Shown here: positions 52,201 through 64,000 of the stretch, one piece after another
How the letters are laid out: each line of letters opens with the position of its first letter
Position numbering within the stretch: position 1 is the first letter of the stretch
From: Catajapyx aquilonaris
Lineage: Eukaryota
NCBI GenBank assembly: GCA_000934665.2
Contig: KZ538509.1
Span: forward strand, 1-64,000
Direction of reading: 5' to 3'
DNA: 64,000 nt
Made by a program: the position numbers and the translations under genes
Notes under the pieces: model-generated
What the model saw: only the letters and a program-made list of their open reading frames with translations
The model's database searches: none
What the model was told of the DNA's origin: nothing

Positions 52201-54270
52201 TAGATCAAACCTTAATGAATTCAATTGACGTATAACAGAATCAATTTGAAAGTTTAGATTGAAGTATACACGAGCCCAAAATGAAAAGTTCATAGTCAAG
52301 TTGTACCTTTCTGGAGGCCATCTTCCGCACGTGGCGAAGCAAAAGGGGCCAGAAGGCGATAAAATGCAAAAAAAAAAAAAAAAAAGGCTATACGAGGGCT
52401 GCGTCGGTTTCCGCAATGCCAACACCACTGGTTTGCGGCCCGGTCATTTATCAAGTAGGGATTTAGACCGCCTGGCTGAATGGGCCTTTGCATCCACCTT
52501 TCTCAGAGTAGGCCATTCTGATCCTGATCGCACTTTGCTTTCTACATGCATGTTGTCTACAATCTACATACTGTACGTTGTTTAGCCCTTGCAATACACA
52601 GGAAAATAAAGCTTGATCAATACGTACATGCCCGTACACCCGTTAAGCAAAAAATAAAGGTCCGTTAAATTTGTAGTGTGCAATTTTACTGCCAGGTTTA
52701 TGGGTCCAAAGGATGGTTATAATGAGAGCTGGACCTAGCCATCAAGTCAGATAATTTGCAAAGTTTTTCAATGTGCCTGCGGAAGGAGTGTCTCCTCAGG
52801 AAATAGCCTGGCAATAGGCTTTATAGAGTGGAGTTCGTGTGCCCACTTTATCAGATGCTGTTTATCTCCTCGATAATGGGCAGATCGTCACGTAAATAAA
52901 GTTTATAGCGTGGGTCCAAACTTTTGTACTCTCATGCCTGAGTGTACAGCAGAAAGGCTTAAGGGAACCTAGGGATCTTTTGGTTATGCCTGTCAAAACC
53001 CGATTGAATGCAAATGCCTGGGTTCCTTGGCTCCCGGGCGTCGCCGTCAAGGCCTCAATAGCTTCTTCTTTGAGGCCCAAAAGTTCCCCATATTCAACGG
53101 CATCTTGCGTGCATAAGAGGGTGCTGACATAAGCAAATGTTAATCCTGGACGTCAGTGTATTCTGAGACGCTGTAAATCACGCCTAGATTTCTTCTTCAC
53201 TTGCTACAACCTTCTGCTTTAAAATGCATGAAATATCGCGAACGTCGCGAGTTTCACAGGCGCCTCATTAAGAGTAATGTGCGTCGCTTGCGAGAAAATA
53301 TATAGGATGTGTAGTTAGAGTTGTTGCACATGGCTTGATTTTCTCTACAGTCCACCAAAGCACTTTGAAGAATTAGGTCTCTAGTTTCCGGATTTATGGA
53401 GATGAAAAGCCACTCTGCGTGCTATTTCAACTTCCCACTAGGCTTAGGCACTCGAGATCATTGAAGACTTCTCTTCCAATGTTATTTAAGTGTCATTGAT
53501 GCCAAAACAGTGTGACGTAACGAGAGGCTTTAGTTCCCGGTGGGAAATTTGTCAACTGATCACTCTGCTCGATTGTTACAGTTTCCCAAAGCTGAGGAAA
53601 ATAATGAGAGTTCGTATTACATATGCAATGACGAGCAGGTGTAAGCTTAGAGGGAAGCCAGGCAGAACTTCGCAAGTTCTTGAAAGTCGGGTTTCCTTAC
53701 ACATCAGATGACTCGTCAACATCCTAGCCTTGCACTTCGCTGACAACTTTATATGGCAGATGAAAGTCGCCCAATGTCAAGGTGGAGGACAGGAGGGGGA
53801 GGAAAAATTTCATACCAAAGTCTTGGAGTCCCCGTTGCCGCATCCGTTTCTGTCTGACTGAAACATTACAGTCGCGCACCACCAGCAGATGTGCTTGACA
53901 GGAAGGGCTTTCTTTTATTTTTTATGCTCTATCTTGCCCAGTTTTCTGTAGTTACCTGCGGCAGTCCTTTTTTCTGGGTATCAGTGCAAGGTGTTAATAG
54001 AGAAATCTTCAATAATTTACAAAGTAGGACATAATTATTCTGTAGAGTATGATTTTTAAAAATCATTTTAGATAATTATCTGCTTCATTTAAGCATTTAA
54101 ACACTCTTCCGAATTATTGTTTGCCTATCTATCTGCAGAATACTATTCGTACTGAGATTTTTGACTAATACTGTAGTAGGCCTATCTAGAAATATGCAAG
54201 GAATGCTATTCCCGGCCCATTTTTGTTCAGGAAGCTTGACATGCATAGGTAGAAAATATAATGTAGTATA

Positions 54271-54607
54271 GAGGGTGTCTCGTCTTTTTTGTCCGAACAG
54301 TTATCGGAAAATTGCGCGTAGCTGCTACTTTTTAAGCAGTGACTTGCAAACGGTGATTTTTCGGAGGAAAGGGGAATATTCCCTGCGAATCGTAGGTTGA
54401 AGTGGCATACGTGCTGCCCGCTGATAATTGAGGGTCAAGCCTGGAAATAAGAGGGTCACACATCACACATTCCAAGGGATGTGTGACCCTATTTTTCCTT
54501 ATTCCCCATTCCTCCGACAAATCACCGGTTGCAAGTCACTGCTTATAAAGTAGCAGCTACGTGCAATTTTCCGATAACTGTTCGGACAAAAAATATGTGA
54601 CACCCTG
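54271..54607. mobile_element. Long-TIR MITE of Tc1/mariner type (CAGGGTGTC termini)
   Basis: About 105-bp imperfect inverted arms (TTTTTTGTCCGAACAGTTATCGGAAAATTGC...AAGCAGTGACTTGCAA); TA at 54269-70 and 54608-09. Confidence 0.9.
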
Positions 54608-54983
54608 TATATTGGACTATCTAAATGGTTAATTAATTAAATTTTCCCTCTCATGGCCAATACCGGCAGGCCCTTGGAGTTACATATTATTTGGTATCTT
54701 GTATGCAGTATAGGGTCTACACTTAAACCAATATTAACATAGTAACGCATACAACTTCTACTAGCATTTGACCCATTTTTGCCATGGGATGGAAAGGGGA
54801 ACAGAAATCGTAGTAAAATGAAAAATTCCACATGTTAATAAATTATCCTATCATACACATTGTTCCGTCACCTGTATAATTTGCCTAATTTATTGCACCT
54901 ATCTCTGCCTCAATATGTCCCAGTTACTCTGGAGTTTGGACAATGCACACTGAGGTTTAAGACTATAGAACTAATATCGTGGA

Positions 54984-55072
54984 CTAGAAACATTCTTACA
55001 CTAACATAAGACACCCCCTCACTACCTGGTCTAACCATGTCCTCCTAGAACTATTCTTACACCAACAATAAT
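54984..55072. repeat. Diverged direct duplication (about 26-bp unit, 62-bp spacing)
   Basis: CTAGAAACATTCTTACACTAACATAA versus CTAGAACTATTCTTACACCAACAATAA. Confidence 0.6.
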
Positions 55073-55897
55073 TGCACCAGCGTAACATCTCCTCCTTCAT
55101 CCTATCCACATGGCCAAACCGCATGGAAAACCGCATTTTTTTGCCGAAAAAGAAGGTGAGACGGCACAGTTACTAGTATTGCCCGCCTTTTATTGTGCGC
55201 AGAGGGCAGAACTAGCAACATATTTTACCACCCCTCCCATCAGAGACGAGCCCCGTGACTAATAAAGCATATATCTGAGTTATGACTGACTTCTCCTGTT
55301 GCCCCACTTATTCTACCTGCTTCATCTCCTCCGCCAGACTAGGCACGGAAACACCGAAGTAATTAGGAAGATAGCGATTAGTCAACGTTAATTACTGCAC
55401 GTAAAATCTCTTCGGAGGGCCGAATCACAACAAGATTTTTCACGCCCAGCGATTTATAAAACCGAGGAGGCACTCCCGAAACCAGAATGAAGGTCAGAGT
55501 GTGCGCATGCTTGTAAGTTTAGGCAACCAGCTGCGAACCTGTAGGCATAATGAAATTCGGTGCTAATGTTTTATTTAATTTACTATGCTGCTCATGTGCG
55601 CTAATTATGAAAGTAACAATTGCATTTCCTGTCCCCTTCCGATCACAGGAGAGTACCCCGGAAGTTTGTGAAATATTTTCGCATCCAGTTCAGTCAGCAA
55701 AGCTTAAATACCGTAGAAATATCGTATTTCAGGATCACGCTAAATGGCAAGCATGAGGTAGACGTCGCCCCCAGTTCTGTCCTGCAGTGGACCTCCTACC
55801 CTTGTTTAAAAAGCAAACTCCTTAGGTCTTTGTTGTGATTGTCCCTGTCATCAAAAGGGACTGAATTTCGGCCATGCTGACGTGTGATGTGTGGCAT

Positions 55898-56182
55898 GTG
55901 TACTGAAACAAACCACGATCCATCGACATCTTGAAATAAAACATCATACAAGAAATTCAGGCAGTGCCTCAGGACATCATGCTGGCCAGAACCTTCCAAA
56001 ATATGGAGCGTCTCATTCAGACCCGCCTGGACGGAAATGGTGGTCATTTCCAGAACATGTTGTGATGTCATTTCCTTTCTCGCATAATAAGGGTTAGTTC
56101 AGTTCAAATTTCGTTGCGATATCTTCATTAGTGTTAAAGTTATTAAAGAAATGCCGGGTAAAGTAAGCAGAGGGACACCCTG
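55898..56182 (+). pseudogene. 3' end of a Tc1/mariner-superfamily element: decayed transposase C-terminus plus right TIR
   Basis: 55898-56065 translates as VY*NKPRSIDILK*NIIQEIQAVPQDIMLARTFQNMERLIQTRLDGNGGHFQNML*, the characteristic ...VY..KP..I..LK..I..EI..IP..ML......R...C....GGHF.H.L tail; ends GGGACACCCTG followed by TA at 56183-84. Confidence 0.88.
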
Positions 56183-56193
56183 TATTTTAACTA

Positions 56194-56315
56194 CAATGGG
56201 TGGAATTTTCGTCCCACCCCTAGTTACTGCTAACTTAGCGGTACCAGTGTAGTGCATTGGTACTGCTAAGTCAGCCGTAACTAGCAGCAGTGGGACGAAA
56301 ATTACATCCTCTGTG
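56194..56315. mobile_element. Palindromic MITE-like hairpin element
   Basis: Arms AATTTTCGTCCCAC/GTGGGACGAAAATT, CTAGTTAC/GTAACTAG and CTTAGCGGTACCAGTG/CATTGGTACTGCTAAG; TA near both ends; termini degenerate. Confidence 0.75.
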
Positions 56316-59300
56316 TATTATGGCAATTTCTTAACAGTGCCGCTTCGGAATTTTAATATTATCTATAACAACAATTTTTAAAGATTTTCCTTACTACTGA
56401 AAAGTTGCAAAAATGTGACATTACTGGTGACTGCAATGACCGCTTCAATAATATTCTACGGCAATTGTGAATTAGATGGGGAAATGCGAATTCTAGGTCG
56501 CTCTTGAGTACATGATACACAATTACCGCAGGCGACCATCTCCACTCAGGTCGATTAGTAGTGGGTGAAACAGTCAGGCAGCTTAAGTATTGTCCTCGTG
56601 AAGAAAATTTTTAAAATTACAAAAATCATTCAAATTCAAACAAAACTGGCCTGAAGTGCCGATAACGTACTTTCAGGTCAAAGGGCCATATGCGACCCGC
56701 ATGCTGGGGTCTATGCTCTCGTTTAGTTGTACGTTGAGGTGAACTTCCGAAGTATCCGGTTCAAAAGAAGGGTACAGGAAGAAATATTAATGTGGAGTCT
56801 TTGTTTCAAGTATAGATTGAGCTCTGATAAGCTCTCTAATCCAGGCTTCAAACTGAGTGGTCAGTTCCCATTTTGAAAAACGTAGCTTAACAGTTCTAAG
56901 AGCTACATGCTCGGATATAGGACTAAAAATTACCATTAAGGCGAAGCTAGCGTGTTATTGTTGATTTCTTTCAATGAGTTATCATTCTGGTTTCTGGATC
57001 TATCAGTTCATAAAACTGCACTTGATTTTGTGTGAACGTTAAATAAAAATACATTGATTTTATAGGAAAATTATTCCCTCCTCTAATAATGGTGTGGCCT
57101 GCTAGTGGAAGTTATTTAGGCCCTGAACTTCACCTCTGCGAGAGCTGAGCTCTGGTACCTTATTGCTGCGACTGCGACATGGACTTTGCCATGTGGAAAG
57201 AGTGAGGAGTTGTGTCTGTGCCCACATGAATCTGCAGTATATAATTATTGCTAAATGCTAATCTCACTTGTAAAGTTTTAATGTTTAACGATATTAACAC
57301 ATCATAATTATGCTCTATTATGTATTTGCCTGGCTACGCGGAGAAATAACTGTAAGCACAGTAGAGTCGGCCCATAAAGCCTTGCAGGAATCTTCCATCT
57401 CATCGCACAATTTCCTTTGAACAATGCGATATGTTATTAGAAGATGTAATCTTCCCAGCTTCTGAAAAACAAATACCATTAGGAGAACGTGTTCAAGAAG
57501 AAAAGGAACTGAGAGCTCTATGCGTCACTGGCGACATTTCAAGGTTGCTGTGCAGTAACATCTGTTATTTGGAGGGTCAGTACGTGCTCAAGGAGCCCAA
57601 GACTTGAGTGGGTTATGCAATATGTAGTATATCTCCACCGCTGTGTGTGTTTTCACTATGATTCACTTCGTGCCGAGTACTGGACACCACGGTAATGCGA
57701 AGTTAGAAAGGGGTGTTAGGTGGAAGGCTCACTTAACAATCCAATTTCCGCGAATTCGCATTCCTTAAGATGAATCCTCCGTTTGGGTCGGATCTGCTCG
57801 CTTGCCTCATTACTGCCAGAAACGTCTTAGATTTCCCCCGAATGAAGTTGCACGAAGACACTATTTTGCACCCAGAACTCATCATTGCCTGCGCTGGGGA
57901 ACCGGATTAATTGCGCATGGTGTAAACGGCCGCGCGGGAAGTTTCCGGGTTTCAATCTAAAAGTTATAGGTTGGTTGGAAATCTGGGGGGATTTTGGTGT
58001 CTGTGAGCTTTCCATTAGCGGCGTATCGGAAGCCGTGGAAGCGCAAAACAATGCGACAGCCCTTTTAGAGCCCGGGAGACCTGAGACGGTGTGCCATTGG
58101 ATTCTTCTGGCGCGGGACATGCGCCCGGATCATGTGGGTACAAGAGCAGAAGCGTGTACAAGTCATCCCTTTCTAACTGTATTAACAACAAAGCCCAACC
58201 TAGGAGAGGATCATATTTGGCGTGGGACTTTTGTTCCCGGATGAGTTTTCCTTGTCACCTATCACCCTTGTTTCGGGGACTGCAGGTGATTAAGGCTCTT
58301 TTCTGCCCCTCGCTGTAGGAGGGACTTTATCTGTCTCCAGGGTGTCTTCTCACACATCATGAGCAAGGGGATTCACAGAATGTAATGCATTCGCTACATT
58401 CATCCATCTAAACATAACTTGAAGGCTTTTTTTTGGCAGAAATTACTGTGGTCAGTGACCTTTGGAGCATAGTTAAACAGCAGTGTAATGAACTCTGCAG
58501 TGACTTGCTCTGGGAACGGGTATATGTTGGCTACAAAAGGAACTACACTTCTTGGCGCTATAGTTCTAACAAAGAAGACAGGTCTATATTAAACAGATAT
58601 TATAATTACAAGCGTTACTGTACTACTCTTATTATATATATTCTCTCTCTGTGCAAGATATTGGAAATTTTTCGTGATACCTGTTGCCCCATTAGCGGTA
58701 CAAACTTTACAAGGGAGTTATTCATATTGTTATGGTAAACAAAATTAATTCTAGTTATCTGCCCAAAACATCCCTCTGTCTAGTAAATCGATAAATTTTG
58801 AGTGCTAAATCCACTGGTGCTATTTGGTTGGCATTAACTAGTGAGGCGCAAGCCGGAAAGCTCAGCCTTCGTGTATCATTCAATCTCTCTAATTGCAAAT
58901 CCATTATTGGACTTTGCAAAAAAAAAAAGTACCGTACTTGTCTAACCGACTAGCACCCTGCTGACGTTTACGCCGGACACAAGTGAATTTATCGTCAATT
59001 TTCAGCAAAATTAGCCGTTTTTTGTATTAAATATTTTTTTAAAAATGTGTCTTAATATACTTTTTGTGACGTCGTATGTTACATTTCAATTGGCCTTCTC
59101 ACGGCTACAGCAATAATAAACATTTGGATTCAGTGTTTCGGCTCACAAGCTTTCAAGTGAATTAAATTGCACTGGAGGATTGTGTCATGCGGAATAGTTT
59201 CATCCGATAAAAAGGACACTATACACGTTATGGGTCCCAAATGGCAAGTCAGTGATTATCGTACGAAATCAATTCTTGCTGCAAGGGTGTACTGTATTAA

Positions 59301-62300
59301 TCAAAGTCACAGAGAATCTACAGAGTTGTCACCTCTGATAATGTAGCCAAACTTATTGCCCTGAATAAAATACGTCCAGCCAGTCGTGAGCACCATTCGC
59401 TCACCACCAATCATGACAGCGACGCTATTCATCGATGCATCCGACGTGCAATGTAACTCCATTCAATCGCATCGGTTCATCCTCACGGATTGGTGAGCAA
59501 TGATTTGTAAGAGCTTACACTCATGCCATTAAAGGCTCTTTCGAAATGGTCGACTTGATAATCATGTTTGAATTACTTACACCTTTGCAGCGCCCTCCAA
59601 AATACACTACGTGTTTTATTCTCCCTTTTTTGTTTACAGTACGCATGAAAAGCTGCAGGCTTTACACTTCCATTGTGCTGTTCACCGCTTAGTTAATTAA
59701 TTATATCCTTTTCGAAACAGAAGCCATGTTGGCTATTTTTCCAGGAGGTCTGCTCTGTAACGGCGCGTTTCCGTTTAAAATTAATCTACCGCAACACGAG
59801 TGTTGTCCACAGTCTAATGAGAGTGGTCTCTAGAATGTATAGCACCACCTCCACCCTCTAATAACCACCCGGAAAGTGAAGGCCATTCTTGCAGACCCCT
59901 AGTACTACAGTGTATAGATGGTGTTAGTCTCAGAGCAGGCTGGAAGGCGCCGGCGGACAGAAAATAGCTTGTGTCATTACTTTTCTAGTGATCCAAGGAG
60001 GAGAATGGATCCCTGGGGATCCCTATAGGAAATGTTTTTCCCGGCACTGGCTGGCCATTAGCCTTTCGAGGGTTTCTTGATTGAACCTATAACATGCCCT
60101 TAACCTTCCGCGCTTGGTTTTGGAGATTGTTGGCAGTGACGGGTCGGCCGTCTTCCTTCGATGGGCCATCGTCTCCTGGATTACAAGCTGGCCGTAAAAG
60201 CTGCGAGCAATTTTGCAACAGCATTTTTCCACTTTCCGTCTGAATTATGGGCGAGTAACAGCGGTACACCGAGAGCCAGTGCAATCTAAACTTTCTTGTT
60301 TCCTTTGAGAGACGGCGGAAAAGAATGTGACTTCAGATCATCTGATCGCAGTGGTTCGTCAGATGCGAGACTTGCATATTAGAGCATTGCATGTGAATTT
60401 GATGAAAAATCATAGATAAGCGTTTGTAATGTGTGGCACAGCTTTTTTCGTGCTTGATTATGATCGCGATATTTTTTATGTTACGTAAATGGTAATGTGT
60501 CGTAAGCCTGGCAGACCTATCTTATCAGAATCACAAAATCATGTTATATATTTTTAATGTGTCATATCCATTGTTGTTATCGCTTGCTTCCAGCATATAG
60601 CTACTGGCTACAGCATGCGGCCTATCGTGTAAGCAGAATGAAGGATTTAAATCCTGCAAACTGTTGAATAACAAAATGGGAATGATTTTCACGAAGCATA
60701 AACACTCGCGAAACTCAGTTTGAGCAGAAGGCAAACAACAAATAGTTTCAATAATAATGATGATGGCTGCCAGCCTCTAGAATGGGAGCCGAATTAGTAG
60801 CGTTTTCTAGTCTGAATCATTTCCCCTGAATAAGTAATAGTTTCCTGGAGCGGCTGAGCTGGATTACTCTGGCAGTGTATACCTCAGAGCCCGAGAGGAA
60901 AAGTTGATGATATGAACTCCCTAGCTATTCAATCCACCTGCAGCAGTTTCCCCAAGAAGACCTTGCTTTTGTAGGCAAAGTTTCGACCCAAGTGCGAACA
61001 AGTTGACCCGGAGGACAGTAAGCCAGGGTCTGGGATAGATACCAAATAATTAATATTCATAGCCAGTGGCTGCCTCGCGCCGTTTCAGGTTACAGTGCTG
61101 TGCCCTGAGTTATTTCACAGGGCTGCACGCCCTCCAAAAGTTATCGGCCGAGTTGGGCCAGAATGAAAATAATTGGGGTAGAGGAAGTTGCTTCTGTGTC
61201 AGAGCCGGTGCTTTAAAAAAATGACCAACCTGCATGCAAGTAGCGTGAGAAGGACAAATTTTTCTTAAGGCAAAGGTTATACGTCCTGGGCGACATAATA
61301 AGGAAACCACTATGTGCATCGGGCTACAAAACAATTTCTCTTAGATCAGGCTGTATGTATAGATGCAGTAGGGTAGAAACAGCCCGGTTGCTCCGTTTCG
61401 GGCATGGCCACTCCGGATTCCCACTTGATTACATGGGACTTTTATTGCCCTCCAGTTCTGTTGACTTATCTTCCGGAAGAAGGTGACCCGGTGCAGCCAA
61501 ATGAGAAACTCGCGATGTTATTGCCCTACGGCAGCCACTCCTCGATTTAATGTTTTTTTGAGCTGCAGCAAACTTTTTTATTGGGTGGTGCTTGTGAATT
61601 ACAATGATCAATCAGGTTAATTAGGACCAGATGATGTGAATGAATGACGAGCCAATCATGTGTGCAATGCGATTTTGGCAAGTGCGTTTTGAATTCAGGG
61701 GAAATAATTCATTGTCAATAAAGGTAATAGAATTGCTGACACACACTGGAGGCAGTTGATCCCCTGCCTGAAAACACCTGTAATGTCATGCCCACCATCC
61801 ACACTCAGCACATGATTCACATTTTCGGCAAAACAATTGAAGACCTCTGGTGAAGAACGATCAAGATCCACCTCAGGTGAAACAGAGATATTCCAATTTC
61901 AAATTTCGAAGGCCCATGAGGTTCTATTGTTAATCCCACTAGTGACCTATGATCATTACTTCACGACCACGACCACACCTTCATATTTTACGCTAGTGAA
62001 ACTATCTTCTGAGATATGTAACTCACTTCTGACAAAAAGGGACCTTCATCGTTCTTCCTCCGAGGTCTTCAATAATATTATTCTCGCCGTTTTTTTTTTG
62101 TCCCACTCCGCCAACATAAAGAGTTGAACAAGCTGGTAAACAATAGTCGGCTATCAACCATGTTTCCTATTTTCAGGAGCATTTGAGTGAGCCTGCGCAC
62201 ATCCTGACGACGATAGCAGACCCGGCGGAATATCGTATCTCGGCCTCCTCGTCTAGTCGACTCTCGGAGGTCTAGTCAAGAAGAATACCTGTCTGGTTAC

Positions 62301-62771
62301 GCATCTACCTACACTTGGCATGCCCACCTGTTGCGTGGGATAATGGTGCTTCTACACGACAGCCGTCCTTTTCCTTTGTTCATCTAAGGCACATTTGGCC
62401 GACACATATCCACAGGTAGGTGGATTTTTGTCTTTTATTATGATACGAGCACTAATTTTTAGCATCCTATAGGCTACTTGTAGAGTAGAAACATTTTGAT
62501 GGGACATTACATTTGACTTGCAGTAGTTCAAAAACGAAATATAGCCGGCAGTGAAAGAGTTGTTTAAACATTTGAAGACTTCGATTCCATTACTCGGTAA
62601 GTTTGATTTCAATTTTAAAAAAGTTAGGAAAATTAGACTACTTGACGTCACTTGGTAAGACAGTTCATGCATTTCTGAAGGTAATTTTTACTCATTTATT
62701 TATGGTGAACAGTTTCCTTTAGCATTATGACCTTACAAGCTGACCGTGTTACAAAATATGCAAATGATATA

Positions 62772-63371
62772 CAGTAAAACTTATATAAGTCAAATCTCCA
62801 TGGGACCGGAAAAAAACTTCGAGTTATAGAAGATTCGAGTTAGAGAAGTTTGGCTTTTTTGATCACAGAACTCTATAAGGAAGCCTATACCTTTATATCC
62901 AGCGACGAAAGGTGTTCAAAACTTTAAAATAATTGTCACTATCACACTTACAATGTTCCTCGTTGTAGTGTTGTGAAAAAATCTCCGTTATGGACATTTG
63001 CCTAACTCTTAGATTCAAGGATCCAATTATCACAATCGAGTCAAACACTTCTTTCGTACGTCTGGTAGACGGAGATCAGAAAATTGGGCCTTTCTGTACA
63101 TGTGGCCTACTCTCGACCCTTCGGCTGGGAAATGAGAAAATGTTCCGTACTCGCCAACATGAACTTCGACTTAGGGAGACTGAAAATGTATTGATATCCC
63201 ATCCTATAAGGGCCTGCCTGCACTTCGAGTTATGGAAATTCGAGTTACAGAAATTCGAGTTCGGGAAGTTTATTTCCTATTATTTTACATTGTGACCAAC
63301 CAAGCTCATAATTTTCTTCGATTTATAGAGAACTTTCACTTAGGAAAGTTCGACTTATAGAAGTTTTACTG
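62772..63371. mobile_element. Non-autonomous Tigger/pogo-like element (600 bp)
   Basis: TIR CAGTAAAACTT(A/C)TATAAGTC; TA at 62770-71 and 63372-73; multiple subterminal TTCGA(G/C)TTA repeats typical of pogo/Tigger ends. Confidence 0.9.
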
Positions 63372-64000
63372 TATTAATAGCCTACACGTGCCTGCAATGG
63401 AAAAACTGATTGAAGACTAATAGCTGATTCTGATAAATGTTTGGGTGCTGATTTCAGGAAAAGTACTTAAAAACTTCCATCACCCATCCATTTTCCACAA
63501 ACTTACAATTTTATATCCATAGCCATAGATCCAACTGATGGGTATTTAATGACAACTAATGGTTCTAGTGACAATTCAAGAACCAGTTTGTCAGAAAATG
63601 AGGTCTGGCGATGACTTACTTCTTTTTGCCCCCCCCCCCCCNCCCCCCCTCCACACTCCGTATTATTTACTCAGTGTTTCTCTAGGTGTCATATCTCAAG
63701 GAGTTTTTCTCCTTAGTAATTGAGTTTTACTTGTGGTTTTAATATATTATGTGACGTGAACTAAAAATGGCTGCAAGGGGCCGTATTGAATCACATGATT
63801 CCTTTTGTTACATTATTTTGTGGGGAATTAGTAGTGAAGAAATACCACAAAAATTTGCCTATATGATAAACGTGTGTTATGCATATTTTTAGGAGTACAA
63901 CTTGGCGACCAGGATAATCCACTGGCTACACATAAGGGCAATTCCACGTGAACGTGATCACCTTTTTCACGAATAAATTTGCCCGCCGATGAGTGAGAGA

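Noticed and set aside
58680..59222. Degenerate Tc1/mariner-type MITE
   Set aside because: The internal wording resembles such elements, but I could not pair the TIRs or define a TSD.
1..64000. Six-frame ORFs as protein-coding genes
   Set aside because: All are 171 aa or shorter, many start at TTG/GTG or overlap repeats, and none shows a recognisable domain apart from the transposase relics listed.
63935..64000. Start of a TAA-flanked TIR element (GGGCAATTCCACG)
   Set aside because: Any partner end would lie outside the window, so it cannot be verified.

Overview
This is eukaryotic, gene-poor DNA (by eye about 40% GC), most likely a large intron or intergenic region of an arthropod-like invertebrate. 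The taxon is inferred from SINE motifs only. No ORF in the supplied track exceeds 171 aa, and I recognise no intact protein-coding gene, rRNA, true tRNA or CRISPR array. The supportable content is a dense set of mobile-element relics. There are at least 13 short inverted-repeat elements (MITEs) with readable TIRs and mostly readable TSDs: TA/Tc1-mariner-pogo type, 8-bp hAT/P type, TTAA Kolobok type, CACTG-ended, and one unclassified 4-bp-TSD type. There are also six tRNA-headed SINE copies from about four families, two decayed Tc1/mariner transposase C-termini, a perfect 29-bp minisatellite and microsatellites. The most interesting signals are: (i) three SINE families with unrelated bodies that share a 3' stem-loop tail whose inner helix covaries, while one family also occurs with a different tail; (ii) a small MITE family whose two copies carry mirrored TIR substitutions and one-directional GGAGTAC repeats; (iii) an apparent excess of TACAGTA/TACTGTA heptamers resembling excision footprints. 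I found no convincing novel protein-based system.
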